Position numbers and translations under genes: made by a program. Below, in pieces: positions 28,220-37,038 of a DNA stretch of 64,000 bases; positions within the stretch are counted from its first letter, which is position 1; each line of letters opens with the position of its first letter. The notes beneath the pieces were generated by a model. The model did not search any database and was not told the DNA's origin. It saw nothing but the letters and a program-made list of their open reading frames with translations. Location of the stretch: assembly GCA_045598025.1 (NCBI GenBank), contig JAZLLH010000060.1, forward strand, positions 10,553-74,552. The letters are read 5' to 3'. The stretch comes from Bacteroidales bacterium. GTDB taxonomy: Bacteria; Bacteroidota; Bacteroidia; Bacteroidales; WCHB1-69.

Positions 28220-28924
28220 TCAGAGCATATCGAATGCCAGACTGGCCAGGCTGACCTTTACGCCGGGAAGGGACTGCAGACAGCGCGCCGCGGCTTCCAT
28301 CGTAGCCCCGGTCGTCGTCACATCATCTACCAGAATCAGATGCCTCCCCTGAAGAGAGGCAGCATCCCGGATTTCGAAAATGCCGCTGACATTTTCCCAC
28401 CGCTGATACACTCCGCGACGCGTTTGTGTTGAAGTAGCCCGGCTCCGGACCAGGGCATCCGACACCACCGGCAGATGGAGAACTTCGGCCATGCCTTCGG
28501 CCACCGCCTCGCTCTGATTGTACCCCCGCTCCCGCTGCCGTTTGGGATGCAAAGGAACAGGAACGATGGCATCCGCCGTAGAAAACACAGGATGCTCCGA
28601 CAGATTCAAGCCCAAACGGTGACCGAAAAAAACACCGATTTCCCGTTTCCCTTTATATTTCAAATGATGTATCAGCGACTGTACTCCACTGCCTTTACGG
28701 AAATAGAAATACGATGCAGCCGCTTCCACTTCCACCCTGCCCCAGAACATTTTTTCCATGGGATTGGGCGTATAGGTATGAAAATCGGTCAAAGGCAGGT
28801 GAAGTTCGCATTCGGTACACAACAGGATTTCCTGATTTACCATTTTTTTGCCGCAGGCATAACAATATTTGGGATAAAAAAGGGCCAAAAAATCCCCAAA
28901 CCATTCGCTTTTCAAATGTAACAT
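28220..28924 (-). CDS. comF: ComF family protein (phosphoribosyltransferase domain)
   Basis: ORF 28220-29011. The likely start is ATG 28924 (MLHLKSEWFGDF). It has the zinc-finger cysteines CYACGKKM...CTEC and a PRTase motif, LILVDDVTTTGATM. Confidence 0.8.
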   Translation of the reverse strand: MLHLKSEWFGDFLALFYPKYCYACGKKMVNQEILLCTECELHLPLTDFHTYTPNPMEKMFWGRVEVEAAASYFYFRKGSGVQSLIHHLKYKGKREIGVFFGHRLGLNLSEHPVFSTADAIVPVPLHPKRQRERGYNQSEAVAEGMAEVLHLPVVSDALVRSRATSTQTRRGVYQRWENVSGIFEIRDAASLQGRHLILVDDVTTTGATMEAAARCLQSLPGVKVSLASLAFDML

Positions 28925-28959
28925 ATTAAGGATCAGTGTTAATAAATTTATTTTCCAAA

Positions 28960-28996
28960 CGTACAAAGATACCTGATAAATGAATATCTTTGTACG
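28960..28996. promoter_or_regulatory. Divergent promoter pair embedded in a perfect 12-bp inverted repeat
   Basis: CGTACAAAGATA (28960-28971) and TATCTTTGTACG (28985-28996) are separated by 13 nt. Each arm contains a -7 box TATCTTTG. The minus-strand box at 28964-28971 lies 39 nt from the comF ATG. The plus-strand box at 28985-28992 lies 42 nt from ATG 29035. Confidence 0.55.
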
Positions 28997-29034
28997 AATT
29001 TTTGAAACCATTTTTTACTTACAACTCAACGTTT

Positions 29035-29958
29035 ATGGAAAACTACAATAACACCCCCTCGACAGAAAACAAAAATTACAGAAAGTCGAGTATTTTCTTC
29101 ATGATTACCTCCATAGTGCTGGCCGTACTGCTCGTCTGCTCACTGCTCCGCACCCGGACTGCCACACAGGAAGCAAAGGAAGTCACCACCATGCAGTATA
29201 CCCTGCAGAACGAATTGGACTCCATCATGAGAGAGTACGAACTGACAAAGGACCAATACGGTGAACTGAACACTCAGCTTTCCCAAAAGGACAGCGCCAT
29301 TCTGGCCCAGGCCGAAGAGATTCAGAAACTGATTGCCCAACAGGGTGACTACAACCGCGTAAAGAAAAAACTCGCCCTTCTGCAGAGCCAGGGCAAAGAG
29401 TACGTCCGTCTGCTGGATTCCCTTTACACAGCCAACGAAGTACTGACGGTGGAAAACAAAAAATTCCGCGAAGAAAACACCAAGCTGTCGGAAACCAACA
29501 AACAGCTGAACAACACTCAGGACTCCCTGAGCCGGAGAATCAAGACTGCTTCGCTGCTGAAAGCCTACAATGTATCACTCAAAGGCGTGAACATGAAATC
29601 CGGTGGCAAGGTAGAAGAAGTGACAAACCGTTGCCGCCGCGTCGAAAAATTCAAGGTCAGTTTTACCTTGGGTGAAAATGCCATCACCGATGCGGGGAGC
29701 GTCAACCTCTATTGTCGCCTGTCTATTCCAAGCGGAAAAGTGCTTTCCCTTGGCGATGGAGACGCCTACTCTTTCACCAATGAAGGGAAAACGCTGCAGT
29801 ACACCATCAAATCCACCATCGAATATGCCAACAAGGCACAGGATGTGAACATGTACTGGAATCTGAGGGAAGGAGATCAGGCTGTCCCGGGCTCCTATAC
29901 CGCCCAAATCTTCACCGATGACGAATACATTGGAGAAGCTACCGTAACCTTGAAATAA
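29035..29958 (+). CDS. Hypothetical membrane-anchored coiled-coil protein
   Basis: ORF 28990-29958. The likely start is ATG 29035 (MENYNNTPSTE). It has one TM helix (SSIFFMITSIVLAVLLVCSLL), ~150 aa of heptad-like Q/E/K/L-rich sequence and a beta-rich C-terminal ~120 aa. I recognise no family. Confidence 0.55.
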   Translation: MENYNNTPSTENKNYRKSSIFFMITSIVLAVLLVCSLLRTRTATQEAKEVTTMQYTLQNELDSIMREYELTKDQYGELNTQLSQKDSAILAQAEEIQKLIAQQGDYNRVKKKLALLQSQGKEYVRLLDSLYTANEVLTVENKKFREENTKLSETNKQLNNTQDSLSRRIKTASLLKAYNVSLKGVNMKSGGKVEEVTNRCRRVEKFKVSFTLGENAITDAGSVNLYCRLSIPSGKVLSLGDGDAYSFTNEGKTLQYTIKSTIEYANKAQDVNMYWNLREGDQAVPGSYTAQIFTDDEYIGEATVTLK

Positions 29959-29991
29959 CCATATTATTAACAACATAAAAAACGAAATATC

Positions 29992-30309
29992 ATGGCATTA
30001 GCAATTACCGATCAGAATTGGGAAGAACTTGTCAACAGCAACGAATACGTCATCATGGACTTTTGGGCTGAGTGGTGCGGGCCCTGCCGTGCCATCGCTC
30101 CTTTCGTAGAGGAAGCAGCCGAAACATATGCCGGCAAAGTGTGCATAGGAAAGGTCAACATAGATGAAAATCCCGGAGTAACGATGAAATTCAGCATCAA
30201 AAACATTCCGACCCTGATTTTCATCAAAAAGGGAGAAATCGTGGACAAACATGTTGGCGCTCTCCGCAAACCCGACCTCATCAGTAAGATAGACGCCTTT
30301 ATCCAGTAA
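29992..30309 (+). CDS. trxA: Thioredoxin
   Basis: 105 aa with the WAEWCGPCR active site. Confidence 0.93.
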   Translation: MALAITDQNWEELVNSNEYVIMDFWAEWCGPCRAIAPFVEEAAETYAGKVCIGKVNIDENPGVTMKFSIKNIPTLIFIKKGEIVDKHVGALRKPDLISKIDAFIQ

Positions 30310-30311
30310 TT

Positions 30312-30545
30312 TTGAATACTGACACCCTTACAAGCGCTGCAGAACACATCAGTTTTGCAGAGCAGAACAACCTCAGCAATGTCGACGTTTTCCTCAAAGG
30401 AATCGTCGGCGTTGTGGTGTTTATGCTGCTGCTGATTGTGTGCATGAAGCTTTCTTCCTGGATAGCCAGAAAAATCGACAGCGGGCATCCGCCTATGAAA
30501 AACAAGGGAAAAAACCACACGGACGACTCCCCTCAAAACTGCTGA
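30312..30545 (+). CDS. Small single-pass membrane protein (hypothetical, up to 77 aa)
   Basis: It fills exactly the gap between trxA (stop 30309) and the next gene (ATG 30548), with 2-nt spacers on each side. It has one TM helix (GIVGVVVFMLLLIVCM) followed by a basic tail. The listed start is TTG, so the true start is uncertain. Confidence 0.35.
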   Translation: MNTDTLTSAAEHISFAEQNNLSNVDVFLKGIVGVVVFMLLLIVCMKLSSWIARKIDSGHPPMKNKGKNHTDDSPQNC

Positions 30546-30547
30546 AC

Positions 30548-31714
30548 ATGAAACACACATACCGACTGATATCCTTAGTGCTGCTTTTTGCATGCGCTTC
30601 CTGCCGACACACGGCCCAATTGCTCCCGGAAAAAGATTATGTCGACTTCGTTCGACACATCATGGAAGCGGCTTATCTGGACCATCCCAGCCCGGATGTT
30701 TTCGACCAGGCCTTTGACAAAAAGGCATTTACCGGACGCATTCTGGCCATCGGTGATATTCCCTCGTCCAAGGAAAAGGAACTGAGGGCTTTTTTGGACG
30801 AATACTTTTCACCGGGAAAACTGATGCTGCAGCGGGTGGAAAACGGAGCAGATTACATGCTCACACGCATTTACATGCGCAATGATACTGCCCATGCCAT
30901 CTTCCGCATCTACGACGGCAGCGTGTACTTGGAAGACTGGACTCTGGCAACCGATGCCAAGGGAAACATATCCGTGGAAGACATTTACGTCCCCATATCC
31001 GGCATCCACTGGAGCGACGAATGGAACATGAATGCCTGCGTACATTTCGATATTTCCAGCGATCATTTCTTTATCAACGAGAAACTGATAGGCATCAACC
31101 AACTGCTGAAAGAAGGACAGTTCGAAAAGGCAGACAGCCTGTTTTCCTGGATAGAACAGGCCACACAGACCAACCTTTACGCTCAGACGCTCCGATTGAA
31201 TATGGTCAGCCAGAGTCAGGACTTCGACTCTCTGCTGCGATATTGTGACCACTTTCTGAAACTTTTTCCCGGACGTAAGGAAATCACTACCTTCTACTGC
31301 CTGCAAAATGCCATCTCTCACGGTATGATGCCGAAAGTCACGGAACTCTGCGAACAGATGAGCACATTGACAGGGAGCGACCCCATCTTTTTCCTATACA
31401 AAGCATGGGGATACAAGGCGGCCGGCCAGCTGACAGACTCCAAACGCATGATAGACAGCCTTATATATTATATCCCTATCGTTTACGATTTTTACAATTA
31501 CGAACTGGATATATTGTACGAGCTTCACGATGCGGAAGGTTTCGCCGCCCAACTGGAAAGGAGCGACAGTCTGTTTTCCGCCTCCGATGAAGACATCCCC
31601 TATTATGAGTCCACCTATCCGGAAATGAGCCGGACAGCTCCTTTTCTGGCGTGGAAAGAAAAACACCTGAAAAAACTAGCAAACGAAATCAATGGCGAAA
31701 ATCCTTTGTATTGA
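30548..31714 (+). CDS. Hypothetical lipoprotein (helical-repeat-like C-terminal half)
   Basis: ORF 30440-31714. The likely start is ATG 30548 (MKHTYRLISLVLLFACASC lipobox). I recognise no family. Confidence 0.6.
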   Translation: MKHTYRLISLVLLFACASCRHTAQLLPEKDYVDFVRHIMEAAYLDHPSPDVFDQAFDKKAFTGRILAIGDIPSSKEKELRAFLDEYFSPGKLMLQRVENGADYMLTRIYMRNDTAHAIFRIYDGSVYLEDWTLATDAKGNISVEDIYVPISGIHWSDEWNMNACVHFDISSDHFFINEKLIGINQLLKEGQFEKADSLFSWIEQATQTNLYAQTLRLNMVSQSQDFDSLLRYCDHFLKLFPGRKEITTFYCLQNAISHGMMPKVTELCEQMSTLTGSDPIFFLYKAWGYKAAGQLTDSKRMIDSLIYYIPIVYDFYNYELDILYELHDAEGFAAQLERSDSLFSASDEDIPYYESTYPEMSRTAPFLAWKEKHLKKLANEINGENPLY

Positions 31715-32378
31715 AACGGCTACCGAAGTCTGTTCCGTTGCACTGGCAAATGACGGGGAACTGCTGTCCTGCTGTGAGAACGCGGACGGACATTCCCATG
31801 CCGAAAAAATCATGGAACTGATCGACAACTGCCTGAAACAGGGCAAGACCGAAGCCGGCCAACTGCAGGCTATTTGCATCAGCAGCGGTCCAGGCTCCTA
31901 TACCGGACTGCGCATAGGGACCTCTGCCGCCAAGGGTATGTGCTATGCACTCTCCATTCCTCTGCTGGCTGTTTCCAGTCTGGAGGGTATTGCCAGAGGC
32001 GCAGCGGAAGCCCATCCCGAAATCACTACCTTTTGCCCTATGATTGACGCCAGACGCATGGAAGTATACTGCGCCCTGTACAATCCGAAAGGCGAATGCC
32101 TGCAAAAAGCACATAATCTGATTGTGGACAAGGACAGTTTCAAAGAAACGCTGGCCACCGGTACGGTCGCCTTTTGCGGCAACGGAGCACCCAAATGCAA
32201 GGAATTGTTTGCGGGAAACGAAGCCTGCCTGTTTACAGACACCCTTTCCTCAGCCGCATACCTCGTTCCGGCAGCCTTCCGTCAATGGGAACGCAAGGCA
32301 TGGGAAGATGTCGCCTATTTCGAACCTTTTTACCTGAAAGAATTCATCGCCGGTAAACCCCATGTCAAAGGATTGTAG
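31692..32378 (+). CDS. tsaB: tRNA threonylcarbamoyladenosine (t6A) biosynthesis protein TsaB
   Basis: 228 aa with MAKILCIETATEVCSVALANDGELL, GPGSYTGLRIG and a TsaB-like length. It overlaps the upstream gene by 23 nt. Confidence 0.85.
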   Translation: MAKILCIETATEVCSVALANDGELLSCCENADGHSHAEKIMELIDNCLKQGKTEAGQLQAICISSGPGSYTGLRIGTSAAKGMCYALSIPLLAVSSLEGIARGAAEAHPEITTFCPMIDARRMEVYCALYNPKGECLQKAHNLIVDKDSFKETLATGTVAFCGNGAPKCKELFAGNEACLFTDTLSSAAYLVPAAFRQWERKAWEDVAYFEPFYLKEFIAGKPHVKGL

Positions 32379-33342
32379 CATGAGTGAGGAAACAACTGCC
32401 GGAAAAAATGCGGAACCCTGCCCCTACGAGGCCAATGCCAGGGAAGCCCGCCGCATACATGCACAGGAAGCCGGTCTTCCTTTTGATGAAGAGGATGAGC
32501 GCGATCCGGTGGAAACGGAACTGAGGGAAAAGAAGAAAGACCTTGTCATCATTGCCCTGACCGACTACACAGCCTACGGAGACGCGGCCGTAAGTCATGC
32601 AGTCGCACTCTGCCTGATATTCCGGGCGGAACTCTGCATACTTCCTCTGCATCCTGGCCCCCATAGTTTCAGCGAAGTGCAGTTACATAGCCTGGAAGTA
32701 GCTGAAGAACACCACATACCCATCACTCAGCATCCATACGAAAACCGCCTGTTGAAAAACATTCACTCCTTTGCGGAAGAAATCAATGCCATGATGATGG
32801 TCATCGGAATTTCCCAAAAAAGAAAGGACAGTTACTTCAACCGTAAAAAGGCCCTTCGCTGGATACTCCCATCCAGAATCCCTGTCATGGCGGTAGGAAA
32901 CCGCCTGCCCGAAGCAGACGCCTACCAAAGGGTACTGCTGCCCATAGACTCCTCTGTCTATTGCAAGGAAAAAGCCTTGTGGGCCGGCTATTTCAACCGT
33001 TTCTACAAGGCAGATATTCACCTGCTGTACAAAGAATACAAGGATCCTTACCTGTTTCAGAAAGTAGAAGCCAACCTCTTTTTTACCAAAAAAATATACG
33101 GCAATCTGGACATTCCCTTCCAAAAGCACAGTATAGAAGATAACTGGAAAGAAGTGGACCTCTGTGCTCAAGAACTCGCCAGCGAAATCCGGGCCGGGCT
33201 CATCGTCAGCATGACTACCCGATATCCTACCGCAGGCGATGTGCTGTTCGGAAGAAAAGAGAAAAAAATGCTCCGCAGGGTATCGGAAATTCCCTTGCTG
33301 CTGATTAACCAGCGAGAGGATCTATACGTCCTGTGTACTTAA
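32362..33342 (+). CDS. Hypothetical protein, possibly tandem universal-stress-protein-like domains
   Basis: 326 aa, with an alternative start at ATG 32380 (MSEETTAG). It has two repeated alpha/beta-like halves (DLVIIALTD...IPVMAVG and RVLLPIDSS...IPLLLIN). The family assignment is only a resemblance. Confidence 0.45.
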   Translation: MSKDCSMSEETTAGKNAEPCPYEANAREARRIHAQEAGLPFDEEDERDPVETELREKKKDLVIIALTDYTAYGDAAVSHAVALCLIFRAELCILPLHPGPHSFSEVQLHSLEVAEEHHIPITQHPYENRLLKNIHSFAEEINAMMMVIGISQKRKDSYFNRKKALRWILPSRIPVMAVGNRLPEADAYQRVLLPIDSSVYCKEKALWAGYFNRFYKADIHLLYKEYKDPYLFQKVEANLFFTKKIYGNLDIPFQKHSIEDNWKEVDLCAQELASEIRAGLIVSMTTRYPTAGDVLFGRKEKKMLRRVSEIPLLLINQREDLYVLCT

Positions 33343-33355
33343 AAAAGCAATATGC

Positions 33356-35104
33356 CTATTTGGCCGCGATTTTGGCCCAACTGTCCTTGAGCGTAACGGT
33401 ACGGTTGAAAACCAATTGTTCCGGCCGGCTGTCCTTGTCGACACAGAAATAACCGATGCGTTGAAACTGGAAATGGTCCAAAGGATGGACATCAGACAGA
33501 AATTCTTCCACATAGCATTCCGGACGGACTTCCAACGAATGTGGGTTCAGCATCTGCCGCATGGCCTCAATCGGACTGCACTGCTGCTCCTCCTGCAAAC
33601 GGGCCAGGACATCGCGGGGATTTTCCTCCTTCCACAGCCGGTCATACAACCGGACTTCAGCCTTCAGGCAATGATTTCGGCTCAACCAGTGAATGGTTCC
33701 TTTGACCTTACGGTCGGCACCTGGAAGCCCGCTGCGGGTTTCGGGATCGTACTCGGCAAAAACTTCCACTACCTTCCCTGACGCATCCTTGCGGCAACCC
33801 GTACATTTCACTATATAGGCTCCTTTCAGACGCACCTCCTTTCCCGGAGTCATACGGTAATAATTTTTGGGAGCTTCTTCCATGAAATCCTCTTCTTCTA
33901 TCCATAATTCACGGCTGAAACGGATGCTGTGTGTTCCGGCGGACGCATCTTCCGGATTATTCACCACATCCATGCTCTCCACCTGTCCTTCCGGATAATT
34001 GGTCAGAGTGAGTTTGAGCGGATGGATTACGGCCGACACCCGGGTCGCTGTTGCATTCAAATCCTCTCTGATGGAACTTTCCAACAGGGCAAAATCATTC
34101 AAAGCATCGTATGTGGTATAGCCGATTTTGTCCACGAATTTGTGAATGGAAGCCGGCGTATACCCTCTCCGGCGGAATCCGCACAGCGTCGGCATTCGGG
34201 GATCGTCCCAACCACTGACAACGCCTTCGTTCACCAGCACCAAAAGATTGCGCTTGCTCAAAAGAGTATAATTCAGATTCAATTTGTTGAATTCGGTCTG
34301 ACGCGGACGGTGATCGTTCAAGTCCTTTCCCTGCTTCAACTCATCGATAAAATAGTCGTACAAGGGACGGTGCACCACGAATTCCAAAGTACAGAGGGAA
34401 TGGGTCACTCCTTCAAAATAGTCGCTCTGACCATGGGCAAAATCGTACATAGGATACGCATTCCACGTTGTTCCGGTCCGATGGTGCGGTGTTTTTACCA
34501 CCCTATAGATAATGGGATCCCGAAAGTGCATATTCGGGCTGCTCATGTCAATTTTGGCCCGAAGCACCATACAACCTTCCTCGATTTCCCCTCTGTTCAT
34601 CTGTTCAAACAGACGGAGGGATTCCTCAACCGGACGGTTCCGGAAAGGACTTTCCGTACCGGGCTTGGTAGGTGTTCCTTTTTGTGCAGCAATCACTTCC
34701 GAAGGCTGTTCGTCTACATAAGCCTTGCCTTCCTTGATCAAACGGACGGCAAAATCCCATAATTGCTGGAAATAATCGGAAGCATAATACTCATGGCCCC
34801 ACTGAAAACCCAACCAACGGATGTCCTCCTTGATGGCATCCACGTACTCCATATTTTCCTTGGTGGGATTGGTATCATCGAAACGCAGATTGCACACTCC
34901 ATGATGACGGGCGGCCAGACCGAAATCCAGACAGATGGCCTTGGCATGACCGATATGCAGGTATCCGTTGGGCTCCGGCGGGAAACGGGTCTGCACGCGT
35001 CCGTCGTTGCGGCCTTCGGAAAGATCCTTTTCCACCATTGCCTCTATAAAATTCCGGGAAGTTTTTTCTTCTTTCTCCAGTTCTTCTGCACGTATTGTTT
35101 CCAT
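33356..35104 (-). CDS. glnS: Glutamine--tRNA ligase
   Basis: 582 aa with FPPEPNGYLHIGHAKA (HIGH motif), LSKR (KMSKS-like) and a GlnRS-type C-terminal anticodon-binding region. Confidence 0.95.
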   Translation of the reverse strand: METIRAEELEKEEKTSRNFIEAMVEKDLSEGRNDGRVQTRFPPEPNGYLHIGHAKAICLDFGLAARHHGVCNLRFDDTNPTKENMEYVDAIKEDIRWLGFQWGHEYYASDYFQQLWDFAVRLIKEGKAYVDEQPSEVIAAQKGTPTKPGTESPFRNRPVEESLRLFEQMNRGEIEEGCMVLRAKIDMSSPNMHFRDPIIYRVVKTPHHRTGTTWNAYPMYDFAHGQSDYFEGVTHSLCTLEFVVHRPLYDYFIDELKQGKDLNDHRPRQTEFNKLNLNYTLLSKRNLLVLVNEGVVSGWDDPRMPTLCGFRRRGYTPASIHKFVDKIGYTTYDALNDFALLESSIREDLNATATRVSAVIHPLKLTLTNYPEGQVESMDVVNNPEDASAGTHSIRFSRELWIEEEDFMEEAPKNYYRMTPGKEVRLKGAYIVKCTGCRKDASGKVVEVFAEYDPETRSGLPGADRKVKGTIHWLSRNHCLKAEVRLYDRLWKEENPRDVLARLQEEQQCSPIEAMRQMLNPHSLEVRPECYVEEFLSDVHPLDHFQFQRIGYFCVDKDSRPEQLVFNRTVTLKDSWAKIAAK

Positions 35105-35129
35105 AATTGATGCTTATTTTGTAGCCATA

Positions 35130-35723
35130 TTAACGATAAATCGCATGATTTTGTATGTATTCGTATACCGCAGAGGGTACTTTATCTCCTATGTCCTTCC
35201 CCTCACGTATCAGATTCCGGATTTCCGTAGAGGATAAAGGACAGAGCGGGGCATCCATCCACATCACTTCCGCACGGGGATTCGTTTTCAGTGCTTCCAC
35301 ACCGGAGGCATCAAATCCGAAGCCTTCCCGAGGATACACATAAATGGGATGGTACTGCAGTATCTCGTTGTAATTGCGCCAATGATGCAGGTGAGCCAGA
35401 CTGTCCATGCCCATGACCACGGCATAACGGACAGCGGGATGTCGCTCCCGCATCACTCTTAAAGTCAAATAAGTATAGGACGGACGGGGCAACTCGTACT
35501 CCAACAGCGACAATTGCAGATAATCCACGGTTTCGGTCCAGGCAGATACCATGTCTTTGCGGATCTGTTCTTCCAAAAGCAAATCATTGGATTTGAGCGG
35601 ATTCTGAGGAGAAAGAACCAGATGTATCTGCTGAAAATCATAATGCTCGTGCAAAAAGGCCACAATGGAGGCATGCCCGTTATGGGGCGGATTGAAAGAT
35701 CCGAAATACAGAGCTTCTTCCAC
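35130..35723 (-). CDS. nadD: Nicotinate-nucleotide adenylyltransferase
   Basis: 197 aa with YFGSFNPPHNGH and the ISSTEIR-like motif LSSTEIRNL. Confidence 0.9.
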   Translation of the reverse strand: MEEALYFGSFNPPHNGHASIVAFLHEHYDFQQIHLVLSPQNPLKSNDLLLEEQIRKDMVSAWTETVDYLQLSLLEYELPRPSYTYLTLRVMRERHPAVRYAVVMGMDSLAHLHHWRNYNEILQYHPIYVYPREGFGFDASGVEALKTNPRAEVMWMDAPLCPLSSTEIRNLIREGKDIGDKVPSAVYEYIQNHAIYR

Positions 35724-35725
35724 AC

Positions 35726-37018
35726 CTATACGATTTCAGCCACCACAAAGGTGCTTCCGCCGACGTACACCACATCCTTGGAACTCGCATCCGCCATGGC
35801 GGAACGATAACCGTTTCTGACCGAAGGATACACATTTCCTTTCAGGCCAAAAGCGGCTGCTCTTTTTCTCAATTCACTGGCTTTCATAGCTCTGGGTATA
35901 CGAGCATTGACAAAATAGTACACGGCATCCTTGGGGAAAAGCGGCAGTATACCGTCTATGTCCTTGTCGGAAACCATTCCGAGCACAATGCGCAACTGCT
36001 TGCAGGGCAACTGCGCCAACTGCTCCAACACCATGCGGATACCGGCTTCGTTATGCCCTGTGTCAGCAATGGCCAAAGGACGCGTATTCAATTGCTGCCA
36101 ACGGCCTTTCAAACCGGTACGCTCCAGTTTCTGCAAACCGTGCTTGAAAGTGTAAACCGGCATGTCCCCTTTCGGGTACAAGGTATCATAGGCGGCCATG
36201 ATGGTGAGCATATTCTTTTTCTGATAATCACCGACGAGATACGTAATCAGGTGTACCATATAGGGATTACCTCCCTTCAGTATATCGAAAATCATGCAGG
36301 GACGGCTCTGTATGGTGGTTTTACGCACATTGTCCATACTGTACAACTGATCGGCAAACACAATGGGAGCATGCTTTTCCCTGGCAACGGCTTCAAAAAC
36401 CGGAGCAGTTTCCGGATGGGTTTCGCCTATGATTACAGGCACCCCTTCTTTGATGATTCCGGCCTTTTCCCTGGCAATTTCAGGCAAACTGTGTCCGAGG
36501 AACTGCGTATGGTCAAGACTGATATTGGTGATGACGGAAAGCAGAGGCTGCAGCACGTTTGTAGAATCCAGACGCCCTCCCATACCGACTTCCACTACGG
36601 CTATGTCCACTTTTTTTTCGGCAAAATAACTGAACGCCATGGCCACCGTCATTTCGAAAAAGGAAGGTTTGAGTCGGTCAAATAAATCTTTGTATTTTTC
36701 TACAAAATTTTGTACAAAATACATACTCACCTCTTTACCATTTATTCGGATGCGTTCCCGAAAACTGCGGAGATGCGGAGATGTGTACAGCCCCACGCGG
36801 AAACCGGCTTCCTGCAAGATGGAAGCCATGGCGTGGGAAACGCTTCCCTTTCCGTTGGTTCCAGCCACATGAATGGCTTTAAAATACTGTTGGGGATTTC
36901 CCATGGCATCCAAAAGAGCAATGGTATTGGACAAATCGGGTTTGTAGGCCGCTGCCCCCACCCTCTGGTACATGGGAAGACTTCCAAACAGGAAATCGAT
37001 ACATTCCTTGTATTTCAT
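35726..37018 (-). CDS. folC: Bifunctional folylpolyglutamate synthase/dihydrofolate synthase
   Basis: 430 aa with HVAGTNGKGSV (P-loop) and a Mur-ligase-like middle and C-terminal region. Confidence 0.9.
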   Translation of the reverse strand: MKYKECIDFLFGSLPMYQRVGAAAYKPDLSNTIALLDAMGNPQQYFKAIHVAGTNGKGSVSHAMASILQEAGFRVGLYTSPHLRSFRERIRINGKEVSMYFVQNFVEKYKDLFDRLKPSFFEMTVAMAFSYFAEKKVDIAVVEVGMGGRLDSTNVLQPLLSVITNISLDHTQFLGHSLPEIAREKAGIIKEGVPVIIGETHPETAPVFEAVAREKHAPIVFADQLYSMDNVRKTTIQSRPCMIFDILKGGNPYMVHLITYLVGDYQKKNMLTIMAAYDTLYPKGDMPVYTFKHGLQKLERTGLKGRWQQLNTRPLAIADTGHNEAGIRMVLEQLAQLPCKQLRIVLGMVSDKDIDGILPLFPKDAVYYFVNARIPRAMKASELRKRAAAFGLKGNVYPSVRNGYRSAMADASSKDVVYVGGSTFVVAEIV

Positions 37019-37038
37019 ACAGCTTTTACTTCTAAATT

